DNA of 64,000 nucleotides from Candidatus Eremiobacteria bacterium (GTDB taxonomy: Bacteria > Vulcanimicrobiota > Vulcanimicrobiia > Vulcanimicrobiales > Vulcanimicrobiaceae): contig CAVWUU010000001.1 of NCBI GenBank assembly GCA_963758295.1, positions 704,001-768,000 on the forward strand. The letters are read 5' to 3'. Within the stretch, counting starts at the first letter, position 1; every line of letters begins with the position of its first letter. This document shows, piece after piece, positions 27,856 through 37,253 of this stretch. A program made the translations under genes and the position numbers. Below the pieces are notes generated by a model. That model did no database searches. It worked only from the letters and a program-made list of their open reading frames with translations, and was not told the origin of the DNA.

Positions 27856-30588
27856 TTGCCTAACGCATCCGGCGTCTCCGCACCCTCGGCGCTTTTCCGT
27901 CTAAATGTCGACTCGGCATCGCCGGAGATGGCAGATTTCGTTCAGCGCACCGATTGGTCCGGTAGCCCGGTGGGCGATCCGAGCGGCTGGCCCCTAGCTC
28001 TCAGCACGATCGTCGAAACCGTACTCGCCAACCCGTTCCCTATGCTGGTCTTTTGGGGACCGAGGCTGGTGATGATTTATAACGATGCTTACCGCATGAT
28101 AATCGGGGCCAAGCACCCCAAGGCGCTCGGCCAGCCCGCCGATGAATGTTTCGCGGAAATTTGGGATGTCATTGGGCCGGACATGGAAGCGATTTATGCC
28201 GGGGCGGCAAGCGTTCTCAATCGCGACCGGATCATCGACCTGAACCGTCGCGGGTTTGTAGAGGAAACGTATTTCACGTTCTCTTTCAGTCCGCTTCCCG
28301 ATCCTGAGGCCAAGACCGGAATCGGCGGCGTGCTCGCAACCGTCCAAGAAACGACCGGCAAAGTCGTCAATGAAAGACGCATCACTCTGCTTCGCGACCT
28401 AGCCGTTCGCAGCGCGCAGGCTCGGTGCATCGAGGACGAATGCCGTCTAGCCGCCACAACGCTCGCGAACTATCCGAACGATGTTCCGTTTGCGATGATC
28501 TATCTAGTCGACGCACGAGAGGCCACTGCCCGGCTGGCGGCTTCGTCCGGATTCGATCGCGGGGGCCGGGTGCGGATGGAGACCATCGATCTAACCGAAA
28601 AGGACACGGTTTTGGCACGCGCTATTGCGGATGCAAATCAACCGGTTCTTTTCGAGCGCCTCGACGAGCTTTTGTACGAAGTGCCGCCCGGGCCGTGGCC
28701 CGAGGCGGCCGTCGCCGCGTCGATCGTTCCCCTTCGATCGAGCGCCTCGCACCGGCTTCTTGGTTTTCTCGTTAGCGGATTGAATGCGCGCTTGCCGTTC
28801 GACGAAAGCTCGAAGGCATTTTACGGACTCCTCGGAACGCAGCTATCGTCCGCCATAGTGAATGCATGGACGTTCGAACAAGAACAGGGGCGCGTTAAGG
28901 AAAGCGATTTTCTTTCGGAAGCGAGCCGCATTCTGGCCGAATCGCTGAACGTGCACGAAACCCTTGCAAACATTGCGCGTTTGACGATTCCCGACTTTGC
29001 CGATTATTGCCAAATCGATTTGTGCCGGCCGGACGGAAGCATTCAAACCGTCGCAATCGCGCACCGCGATGAACGCAAAGAACAATTTGCGCAGCAGTTC
29101 GTTGGTCGCGCGCATTTGGATCCGAACGGCGACGGAAACGCGTATGTGATTCGCACCGGCAAAAGCCGGCTGATTCCCGAGTTTCCGCCGGGCGTTTTGG
29201 AAGCCGCGATCGGCAACGACGACGAGCTACGGATCTATCGCGAACTCGGAACGAAATCGGCGGCGTGCATTCCGCTGAAGGCGCGAGGAACGACGCTCGG
29301 CGCTATCGGTGTCGTGTACGGTGACTCGAATCGCCGCTACACCGCCGCCGCCTTACCGGCACTCGAGGAACTCGGCAGGCGCGCAGGTTTAGCGATTCAA
29401 AACGCGAGCGCATTCGAACGCCAGCATCGCGTCGCCGAGTCTTTCCAAGAAGCGTCTTTGCCGTCGGCTCTTCCCACCATGCCCGGCCTTACCTTCGACG
29501 CCGTGTACGTGCCGAGCAGCGACGAAGCCAAGGTCGGCGGTGACTGGTACGATGCCGTGCGTCTTTTCGACGGGCGCATCGTCGTTTCGATCGGCGATGT
29601 TGCGGGCAGCGGACTTAAGGCTGCGGTGACGATGGGGAACATGCGGCAGATCATTCGCGGCATCGCGCAAGTGCATGCCGACCCCGCATTGATGCTCGAT
29701 GCTGCGGACCGGGCGCTGCGTCTAGAGCAGCCGGATCTCTACGTGACGGCGTTTGTCGGCGTGCTCGATCCCGTCGCTCAAACGCTGTCCTTCGCTTCGG
29801 CAGGGCATCCGCCCGCAATGTTGCGTCACGCCGACGGCACCGTCGACTTGCTTTCGGACGGCGGACTGCCCTTGGGTTTGCGCGCGGGCCGCGAGAATGC
29901 CGCTAAAACGATCGACATTCCCAATGATTCGTGTCTGCTTTTTTATACCGACGGGCTTACCGAACTCGAACGCGATGCAATCGCCGGTGAAACCAAACTC
30001 CGCGACGTGTTTTCGCGGCCCGACATCTGTGCCGCGTCGCAGCCTGCCGAAGCGATCCGCCGCCGGTTTCTCGAAGGCATGCCCGCGCACGATGACGTGG
30101 CGATTCTCGTGATCCAAGTTGCAGGCGTTGCGGAAGCGGACCGGTCCCGCACTCCCAACGATCGCTGGACCTTCGACGCCCGCTTTGCCGAAGCGGCGCA
30201 ATCGGCTCGCCGTGAATTCAGTGCAACGCTTCGAGAGCGGGGTCTTTCAGCGGAAGACGCCAGCTCTGCAGAGATCGTCTTGGGCGAACTGCTCGGGAAC
30301 GTCGCGCGCTACGCACCCGGACCTGTTGAGGTGAGCATCGACTGGAGCGGAGCGGCTCCCGTATTGCACGTGCTCGATCGCGGTCCCGGCTTCCGGCACA
30401 TTGCAATTCTCCCCGACGTCTACAGTGAGTCGGGCCGCGGCCTTTTCATGGTTTCTTCGTTGACGCAAGATTTCCACGTCGCGAAACGTCCGCATGGCGG
30501 AAGTCACGCTCGCGCCGTTCTCCGTATGCAGCGCCAGTCGCTCCATGGAGCCGTACCGGCGTCGCTGTTTTGGGCGCTTATCGACTGA
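27856..30588 (+). CDS. PAS-like/GAF/GAF-SpoIIE (PP2C) phosphatase fused to an RsbW-like HATPase; start uncertain (27856 or 27928)
   Basis: PMLVFWG..IYNDAY; GGDWYD, GDVAGSG, YTDGLTE, DDVAIL; ELLGNVARY, DRGPGF, ESGRGLFMV. Confidence 0.88.
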   Translation: MPNASGVSAPSALFRLNVDSASPEMADFVQRTDWSGSPVGDPSGWPLALSTIVETVLANPFPMLVFWGPRLVMIYNDAYRMIIGAKHPKALGQPADECFAEIWDVIGPDMEAIYAGAASVLNRDRIIDLNRRGFVEETYFTFSFSPLPDPEAKTGIGGVLATVQETTGKVVNERRITLLRDLAVRSAQARCIEDECRLAATTLANYPNDVPFAMIYLVDAREATARLAASSGFDRGGRVRMETIDLTEKDTVLARAIADANQPVLFERLDELLYEVPPGPWPEAAVAASIVPLRSSASHRLLGFLVSGLNARLPFDESSKAFYGLLGTQLSSAIVNAWTFEQEQGRVKESDFLSEASRILAESLNVHETLANIARLTIPDFADYCQIDLCRPDGSIQTVAIAHRDERKEQFAQQFVGRAHLDPNGDGNAYVIRTGKSRLIPEFPPGVLEAAIGNDDELRIYRELGTKSAACIPLKARGTTLGAIGVVYGDSNRRYTAAALPALEELGRRAGLAIQNASAFERQHRVAESFQEASLPSALPTMPGLTFDAVYVPSSDEAKVGGDWYDAVRLFDGRIVVSIGDVAGSGLKAAVTMGNMRQIIRGIAQVHADPALMLDAADRALRLEQPDLYVTAFVGVLDPVAQTLSFASAGHPPAMLRHADGTVDLLSDGGLPLGLRAGRENAAKTIDIPNDSCLLFYTDGLTELERDAIAGETKLRDVFSRPDICAASQPAEAIRRRFLEGMPAHDDVAILVIQVAGVAEADRSRTPNDRWTFDARFAEAAQSARREFSATLRERGLSAEDASSAEIVLGELLGNVARYAPGPVEVSIDWSGAAPVLHVLDRGPGFRHIAILPDVYSESGRGLFMVSSLTQDFHVAKRPHGGSHARAVLRMQRQSLHGAVPASLFWALID

Positions 30589-30669
30589 GCGTCAGGGCGC
30601 TGCGGACTGAAGGATACTACTCAAATCGCATCTGGGGGACCGCTCGCTAAAATTGTCCGGTCAAAGGGG

Positions 30670-30698
30670 TTTACAGGGGGGGCTAAGGGGGTTATCAT
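30670..30698 (+). promoter_or_regulatory. sigma70-type promoter of speD
   Basis: TTTACA-N17-TATCAT. Confidence 0.7.
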
Positions 30699-30702
30699 GT
30701 TC

Positions 30703-30906
30703 GCCGGACCAGGGTTACTACAAGTACCCTGGATCCACGGTATTGGGAGGGCGCGCCCATTCGCGCCATCGCGACGAGTCGCCCGTGCACCGAAAAGCGC
30801 CGGCAAGAGCTCGTCGATAGGTCGGGGACGTGACGCTGCACCGCAGGCGCCAGCCGACGAAGTCCGGAGGTGGGATTCCCCCGAGGGTCAAGGAGACCGG
30901 TAAGAA
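30703..30906 (+). ncRNA. candidate structured cis-regulatory leader of speD (unclassified)
   Basis: Five or more hand-found stems over about 200 nt; SD AAGGAG in the loop of a GGTC/GACC hairpin. Confidence 0.35.
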
Positions 30907-31317
30907 GTGAAGGCACTCGGTACGCACATCGTGTGCGAACTGTCGGGCTGTGATGCGAACGCGCTCACGGACGTCGACAAGGTCCGCGAGATGATGATCG
31001 GCGCGGCAAATATTTCCCGAGCGACCGTTATGGAAGTCGCTTTCCACCGTTTTGAGCCGCAAGGCGTTTCAGGCGTCGTCGTTTTGGCGGAGTCGCACAT
31101 TTCGATCCACACCTGGCCCGAGGCCGGCTACGCTGCAATGGATTTCTACACGTGCGGCGATCACACCGATCCGTGGCTTGCCTGCGAATTCGCGGCAAAG
31201 GCGATGAGTGCCAAAACGATGCAGACGACGGAAGTAAAGCGCGGAATCGCCCAGCCAGGCGGCGCTTTCACCCACGTCGTGACGCGCGATCAGGAAACGA
31301 GCACGCTTTCCGCATAA
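30907..31317 (+). CDS. speD: pyruvoyl-dependent S-adenosylmethionine decarboxylase proenzyme
   Basis: FEPQGVSGVVVLAESHISIHTWPE.GYAA.DFYTCG. Confidence 0.93.
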   Translation: MKALGTHIVCELSGCDANALTDVDKVREMMIGAANISRATVMEVAFHRFEPQGVSGVVVLAESHISIHTWPEAGYAAMDFYTCGDHTDPWLACEFAAKAMSAKTMQTTEVKRGIAQPGGAFTHVVTRDQETSTLSA

Positions 31318-31337
31318 ACCACCCTCGAAGGAACTCA

Positions 31338-31374
31338 AGAAACGCTTCGGCTCCGGCCGGAGCGTTTCTCATTT
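31338..31374 (+). terminator. hairpin/terminator between speD and speE
   Basis: AGAAACGCTTCGGC-tccg-GCCGGAGCGTTTCT, then a T-rich run. Confidence 0.6.
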
Positions 31375-31440
31375 CCGCAGTCCGCGAGAGGAATGTCCCG
31401 CGGGGGCGTTCTCCGTGCTTGGCGAACCCTGGTGCCCGCT

Positions 31441-32331
31441 ATGCCGAAGACCGAAAACTGGCAGTGGTACGTCGAGGAGTCCGCTCCTACCGAACAACAC
31501 CACCATGCCATCGACGAAGTTTTTTACGCGGGCCGTTCGGAGTTCCAGCAAGTCTCCGTGATCAGCACGCCGGTCTTCGGGAAGATGCTGATTCTCGACG
31601 GCGACACGCAAAGCTCGCAAGGTGACGAGAAGATCTATCACGAGTCGCTGGTGCATCCGGCAATGGCCGGCGCTGCGGATCGTAGCGACGTCTTGATTTT
31701 GGGTGGCGGCGAAGGCGCTACGTTGCGAGAGGTTTTGCGAAATCCGAACGTACGCCGTTGCACGATGGTCGATATCGACGGGCTCGTGGTGGACTTGTCC
31801 AAGAAATACTTGCCGGAGTGGGCCGACGGCGCTTTTGACGATCCACGCGCGCGCGTCATCATTGGCGACGCCCTACAGTTCATGCGTGAAGACAGCGACA
31901 AATACGGCGTTATCGTCTCGGATCTCACGGAGCCGCTCGAAGATTCGCCGAGCAACGTGCTCTTCAACGAAGACGTCTTCAAATTGATCAAATCGCGCCT
32001 CGCAGACGGCGGCATTTACGTCCTTCAAGCAAGCACCGCGTCATTCCATAACGCGTCGCTGCACTGCAAGATGGCGCGCACGCTACGCAAGCACTACAAA
32101 TTCGTCACGTCGTTTTTTCAGCACGTGCCGGCGTTCGATACGGACTGGGCGTTTCTGGCGTGCAGCGACCGCGTTGATCTAGCCGCCCTCAATGCCGAGG
32201 CTATCGACGAATACTGCGGGGAGTTGAAAGGCGAAAACTTCTTCTACGATTCGGAAACGCACCGTCGATTGTTCTCCCTGCCGCTCTACCTGCGACGCAT
32301 GCTATCGGCCCCGGGGCCGGTCTTCAGCTAA
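31441..32331 (+). CDS. speE: polyamine aminopropyltransferase
   Basis: SEFQ, FGKMLILDG..QS..DEKIYHE, ILGGGEGATLREVL, VDID, DLTEP. Confidence 0.93.
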   Translation: MPKTENWQWYVEESAPTEQHHHAIDEVFYAGRSEFQQVSVISTPVFGKMLILDGDTQSSQGDEKIYHESLVHPAMAGAADRSDVLILGGGEGATLREVLRNPNVRRCTMVDIDGLVVDLSKKYLPEWADGAFDDPRARVIIGDALQFMREDSDKYGVIVSDLTEPLEDSPSNVLFNEDVFKLIKSRLADGGIYVLQASTASFHNASLHCKMARTLRKHYKFVTSFFQHVPAFDTDWAFLACSDRVDLAALNAEAIDEYCGELKGENFFYDSETHRRLFSLPLYLRRMLSAPGPVFS

Positions 32332-32340
32332 GGTTTAAGA

Positions 32341-32772
32341 ATGAACACGGATTTCGCTTCGGCTCCGCATCGTTGGGAGAAAGAAAAGTCCCACTTCGTC
32401 GCTCTGTTGGACCTCAAGCTCGAGAAGGTCGAGCACGGCAGAGCGGTGATGCGCATGCCGTTTCGCGAGGAGATTGCTAATGGCGCCGGTGCCGTTCACG
32501 GCGGCGCGATCGTGAGCTTGTGCGACACGGTATTCTACGTCGCCCTTGCTTCGATTTATGGGCGGGAACAGGACACCGTGACGGTCGCTCTGCAATGCAA
32601 TTTCTTGGCCCCCGCGCTGCCGCCGCACGACCTTATCGCAGAAGCGACCGTGCTGCGTGCCGGCCGCCGCATTTGTTACGGCGAGGTTCAGGTGAAAAGC
32701 AACGATAAACTGGTCGCTCACGCGACTCTCAACTTCCTTAACACGGACTCCCAAGAGGCTCCAAAGCTGTAA
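32341..32772 (+). CDS. PaaI family hotdog thioesterase
   Basis: N..GAVHGG....L.D, TVALQCNFL.P. Confidence 0.88.
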   Translation: MNTDFASAPHRWEKEKSHFVALLDLKLEKVEHGRAVMRMPFREEIANGAGAVHGGAIVSLCDTVFYVALASIYGREQDTVTVALQCNFLAPALPPHDLIAEATVLRAGRRICYGEVQVKSNDKLVAHATLNFLNTDSQEAPKL

Positions 32773-33872
32773 TGACCGCATCCACCGATTTGCGCCGCAC
32801 GGCGCTTTACGACGAACATGTGCGCCTTGGCGGACGGTTGGTCCCTTACGCCGGCTTCGAGATGCCGGTGCAATACGCGGGAATTTTGAAAGAGCACGAC
32901 GCCGTGCGTAATCGAGCCGGACTTTTTGATCTTTCGCACATGGGCCAGTTCGTTCTCGAGGGCGAGAATGTCGCGCAGTGGGCTGAGACGCTTACTACCA
33001 ACGCGATCGCGTCCATGAAGCCAATGCAGGCACGTTACAATATTTTCTGCAATCCGCAAGGCGGCGCGCATGACGATACGATTTTCTATCGTTTGCAAGA
33101 ACGCTGGCTGCTCGTCGTCAACGGCGCAAACGCGGATAAGATGTGGGATCACCTCAACGCGAATTTGGCCGAAGGCGTCAAGCTGCAGAACCTGCACGGA
33201 CGCAATGCGCTGATAGCAATCCAGGGGCCGAAGTCCGCGGAGATGCTGCAGCCGCACATCAACATCGATCTTTCGACGGTCAAGTACTACTTCTGCGCCG
33301 ACGGCGAAGTTTACGGACGTCCCGCCGTCGTTGCACGAACGGGTTATACCGGCGAAGACGGATTCGAGATTTTCTGCTTCGGCGAGCATGCTGCGGAGAT
33401 CTGGCAAGGATTGCTTCGCGATAACGTAGAGGCCGGCTTGGAGCCGTGCGGACTCGGCGCGCGTGACGTGCTTCGTTTGGAAGCCGGCATGCCGCTCTAC
33501 GGACACGAGCTCACCGAAGAGATTACGCCGGTTCAAGGCGGAATGACGTGGGCCATCAAGACGGCCAAGCCGGAGTTCATCGGCCGCAATTCGCTGATCG
33601 AACAGATCGACCGTAACGATTATCGCCGCATCGTCGGTCTCGTGATGAACGGCCGTGCGCCTGCGCGCGAAGGTTACCCCGTCTTCTTCAATGGGCGCGC
33701 CGCCGGCGAGATTCGCAGCGGCTCCATGGGGCCGTCGGTGCAGAAGAATATCGCGACCGCGCTGGTCGACCACGACGCCGCAACCGAGGGTACGACGCTA
33801 GAGGTCGAAATACGCGGAACCAAACACGAAGCGACCGTTGTCCCCCTTCCCTTCTATAAACGCGCCAAGTAA
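32772..33872 (+). CDS. gcvT: glycine cleavage system T protein
   Basis: MPVQY, GLFDLSHMG, ARTGYTGEDGFE, GLGARDVLRLEAG. Confidence 0.97.
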   Translation: MTASTDLRRTALYDEHVRLGGRLVPYAGFEMPVQYAGILKEHDAVRNRAGLFDLSHMGQFVLEGENVAQWAETLTTNAIASMKPMQARYNIFCNPQGGAHDDTIFYRLQERWLLVVNGANADKMWDHLNANLAEGVKLQNLHGRNALIAIQGPKSAEMLQPHINIDLSTVKYYFCADGEVYGRPAVVARTGYTGEDGFEIFCFGEHAAEIWQGLLRDNVEAGLEPCGLGARDVLRLEAGMPLYGHELTEEITPVQGGMTWAIKTAKPEFIGRNSLIEQIDRNDYRRIVGLVMNGRAPAREGYPVFFNGRAAGEIRSGSMGPSVQKNIATALVDHDAATEGTTLEVEIRGTKHEATVVPLPFYKRAK

Positions 33873-33896
33873 GTCAGGAACAAGGAGATCAAGAGC

Positions 33897-34277
33897 GTGG
33901 CTCAACCCGAAAATCTGCTCTATAGCAAAGAGCATGAGTGGGTCAAAATCGATGACGACATCGCCGTCGTCGGCATCACCGATTACGCGCAGAACTCGCT
34001 CGGCGACATCGTGTACGTCGAACTTCCGCGCATCGGCAAGGAGATCGATCAATTCGGCAACGTGGGCGTGGTCGAGTCGGTGAAGGCGGTCTCCGATCTG
34101 TTCACGCCGATCGGCGGACAAATTCTAGAGATCAACTCTACGCTCGACGCGGATCCCGCCGCCGTCAACCGCGATCCGTACGGTGAAGGCTGGCTCTTCA
34201 AGGTCAAGCTGAAGGGCAACGGAGAGGAAAAGAACCTGCTCTCCGCCGCCGACTACGAATCAATCGCGAAAGACTAA
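33897..34277 (+). CDS. gcvH: glycine cleavage system H protein
   Basis: YSKEHEW, GITDYAQ.SLGD, VESVKAVS (lipoyl Lys), PYGEGW. Confidence 0.97.
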   Translation: MAQPENLLYSKEHEWVKIDDDIAVVGITDYAQNSLGDIVYVELPRIGKEIDQFGNVGVVESVKAVSDLFTPIGGQILEINSTLDADPAAVNRDPYGEGWLFKVKLKGNGEEKNLLSAADYESIAKD

Positions 34278-34371
34278 CCGCTATTGAGCTTCGCTGGGAT
34301 TCATGGCGTTTGGCGGCTGCGCCGCCAAGCCGCAGATCTAGAAGACTAACGCATAAAGGTATACTGACCAG

Positions 34372-35733
34372 ATGTACACTCCGCATACGGAGCGGGATAT
34401 TCGTGAAATGCTCGACGTCGTAGGCGTCGGCTCTCTTGAAGAACTGCTCAAAGTTCCCGACGCGGTGGCGCTGAAAGCGCCCCTCGACGTCGTTCCCGCG
34501 CTTCCCGAATATCAAATCGCGCGCCGCTTCGAGCAGTTTGCTGCCAAGAATGCGGGCGTCGATTACATTTCGTTCCTCGGCGCGGGGGCATACCGTCATT
34601 ACGCCCCGCCGGCGATTACGGCGCTGGCGATGCGTGGCGAATTTCTCACCGCGTATACGCCGTACCAAGCGGAAGTGTCGCAAGGCTACCTTCAGGCGAT
34701 CTACGAGTGGCAGAGCTATATCTGTTTGCTGACCGGCATGGATATCGCGAACGCGTCCGTGTACGACGGCGCGACCGCGCTTGCCGAAGCGGCGATCATG
34801 GCGCTCAATGCGAATGGGCGCAAGAAAATTCTCGTGTCACGCGCCATTCATCCGAATTATCGCTCCGTGCTCAAAACATATTGCGATGGCCTCGAAGTCG
34901 AAATCGACGAAGTGCCGTTCAACGCGGACGGCACGACCGATATGGCGGCCGTTGCCGATGCGGTGGGTACGAAGCAGTACGCGGCGCTCGCAATCGGGTC
35001 CCCGAATTTCTTCGGGAACCTGGACACGCTCAGCGCGGAAGCGCAAGCCGCGATCAAAGCGAGCGACACCGTGCCGATTGCGGTTGTTGCCGAAGCGCTC
35101 GCCCTGGCGGCCCTCGCGACTCCCGGCTCGTGGGGTGCAGAAATCGTCGTTGGTGAAGCTCAAAGCTTCGGCGTAGCGCTTGCGTACGGCGGTCCGTATG
35201 CGGGCTTCATCGCGTCGACCAAAGAGCATATGCGCCGAATTCCGGGCCGGCTCGTCGGCAAGTCCGTCGACAACGACGCAAAGGCGGCCTACGTGCTCAC
35301 ACTGCAAGCACGAGAGCAGCACATTCGGCGCGAACGCGCGACTTCGAATATTTGCACGAATCAAGCGCATTGCGCGCTCATCGCGACGATGTACCTTGCG
35401 TTGATGGGGCAGACCGGTTTGCGCGACGTCGCATCGCTGAATCTAGAACGCTCACGCGAACTTGCGACCGCTGTATCGTCGGTTGAAGGCGTCGACTTAA
35501 AGTTCACGGCGCCGTTCTTCAACGAAATCGTCGTCGACGTGCGCCAGCCGGCGGCCGGTGTGCTCGCCGCGCTGCAAGAACGAAAGATTCTCGGCGGCGT
35601 GGATCTCGGACGCTTCTATCCCGAACTCAATACCTGCATTCTGATGAACGCAACGGAGCTCACCACGACCGGTGAGATCAACGCGCTCGCAGCTTCTCTC
35701 TCTGAGGTTGTCCATGTCCACGCCGGTGTTTGA
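34372..35733 (+). CDS. gcvPA: glycine dehydrogenase subunit 1
   Basis: FLGAG, YTPYQAEVSQG, NASVYDG, LQAREQHIRRERATSNICTNQ. Confidence 0.96.
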   Translation: MYTPHTERDIREMLDVVGVGSLEELLKVPDAVALKAPLDVVPALPEYQIARRFEQFAAKNAGVDYISFLGAGAYRHYAPPAITALAMRGEFLTAYTPYQAEVSQGYLQAIYEWQSYICLLTGMDIANASVYDGATALAEAAIMALNANGRKKILVSRAIHPNYRSVLKTYCDGLEVEIDEVPFNADGTTDMAAVADAVGTKQYAALAIGSPNFFGNLDTLSAEAQAAIKASDTVPIAVVAEALALAALATPGSWGAEIVVGEAQSFGVALAYGGPYAGFIASTKEHMRRIPGRLVGKSVDNDAKAAYVLTLQAREQHIRRERATSNICTNQAHCALIATMYLALMGQTGLRDVASLNLERSRELATAVSSVEGVDLKFTAPFFNEIVVDVRQPAAGVLAALQERKILGGVDLGRFYPELNTCILMNATELTTTGEINALAASLSEVVHVHAGV

Positions 35734-37225
35734 TCGCACGGAAAGCCCACTAATATTCGAGCTTGGCCAGAAGGGCCGGGCGAATCAGTACGTCGAGTCC
35801 GGTAAGCCGCTCGACGCGTTCTTGCCGAAGGGCGCGTTGCGCGAAGACCTGCCGCTGCCCGACAACAGCGAGCTGGACGTGGTTCGCCACTTCACCAAAC
35901 TTTCGCAGCGCACGTTCGGCATCGATCTCGGTTTCTATCCGCTGGGCTCGTGCACGATGAAGTACAATCCGCGCATTAACGACCAGATGGCCGGTAAGCG
36001 CGAGTTTGCGCAACTTCATCCGTATACGCCCGACGAACTTTCGCAAGGCGCCCTGCAAGTTATGTACGAGCTCGAGCGCAGCCTCAGCTCGCTCTTCGGC
36101 ATGGCGGCATTTTCTCTGAATCCGTCGGCCGGTGCCCATGCAGAACTCGCGGCCCTGCTCATTGCGAAGAAGTACTTTAAAGACTGCGGCGAGACGCAGC
36201 GCGATAAAGTTATCGTGCCTGACACCGCGCATGGAACCAATCCCGCGTCGGCAGCGATGTGCGGCTTCAAAGTCATCAGCTTGCCTTCCGATGAACGCGG
36301 CCGCGTAAGCGTCGATGAGATCCGGAAAGTGCTCGGGCCCGATACCGCCGTGTGTATGATGACGAACCCGAACACGCTGGGACTCTTCGAAGATCACATT
36401 CACGAAATTGCGGCGGCTGTGCACGAAGCCGGCGGCCTGATGTATTACGACGGCGCCAATGCTAACGCGATCATGGGGAACGTGCGTCCCGGTGACATGG
36501 GCTTCGACCTGATGCACTTAAACACGCACAAGACGTTCACGATTCCGCACGGCGGCGGCGGAGCGGGCCACGGTCCGGTCGGCGTTGCGGCGCATCTCGT
36601 GGAGTATCTTCCGACGCCGGTGGTTCGCGCGGTCCCGCATGCGCGCGGCGAAAACGGCGCAAGCGCTCCGAGCGATCGCCTCACGTTCTCGCTCGATTTC
36701 GATTTGCCGAAGTCGATCGGCCCCATGCGTTCGTTCTGGTCGAATTTCGCGCATGCGGTTCGCGCGCTCTCGTACATCTATGCCAATGGCGCCGAAGGCC
36801 TCAATCGCGTTTCTCAGCTCGCGGTGTTGAACGCCAATTACATCCGCGTGAAGGTTTCCGAATTCTTGGATACGCCCTATCCGGAAATCTGCCGGCACGA
36901 GTTCGTTGCGTCGGCGCAAGAACTGAAGAAAGAAACCGGCGTAAAGGCACTGGATATCGCGAAAGCGCTGCTCGACCATGGCATGATGGCGCCGACGATG
37001 TACTTCCCTCTCATCGTTCCCGAGTGCTTGATGATCGAGCCCACGGAAACCGAATCCAAGGAAACGCTGGATCAATTCATCGCCGTGCTTCGTGAAATTA
37101 TCGAAACGGCGAAGTCGAACCCCGACGAAGTTCTGGCGGCGCCGGTGACGACGGTTGTCGGACGCGTGGACGAGACGCGCGCAGCACGTCAGCCGAACCT
37201 TCGATGGGAACCTACGAAGGTCTAG
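35714..37225 (+). CDS. gcvPB: glycine dehydrogenase subunit 2
   Basis: YPLGSCTMKYNP, AHGTNPASA, HLNTHKTF, MIEPTETE. Confidence 0.96.
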   Translation: MSTPVFDRTESPLIFELGQKGRANQYVESGKPLDAFLPKGALREDLPLPDNSELDVVRHFTKLSQRTFGIDLGFYPLGSCTMKYNPRINDQMAGKREFAQLHPYTPDELSQGALQVMYELERSLSSLFGMAAFSLNPSAGAHAELAALLIAKKYFKDCGETQRDKVIVPDTAHGTNPASAAMCGFKVISLPSDERGRVSVDEIRKVLGPDTAVCMMTNPNTLGLFEDHIHEIAAAVHEAGGLMYYDGANANAIMGNVRPGDMGFDLMHLNTHKTFTIPHGGGGAGHGPVGVAAHLVEYLPTPVVRAVPHARGENGASAPSDRLTFSLDFDLPKSIGPMRSFWSNFAHAVRALSYIYANGAEGLNRVSQLAVLNANYIRVKVSEFLDTPYPEICRHEFVASAQELKKETGVKALDIAKALLDHGMMAPTMYFPLIVPECLMIEPTETESKETLDQFIAVLREIIETAKSNPDEVLAAPVTTVVGRVDETRAARQPNLRWEPTKV

Positions 37226-37253
37226 AAATCCGAAATAACGGGAGCACCTGAAA

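Noticed and set aside
30697..30903. 68 aa uORF in frame with speD
   Set aside because: Its ATG overlaps the predicted -10 box and the peptide is not protein-like; revisit only if the TSS is further upstream
32700..32772. Glycine riboswitch before gcvT
   Set aside because: No intergenic space; gcvT overlaps the upstream stop
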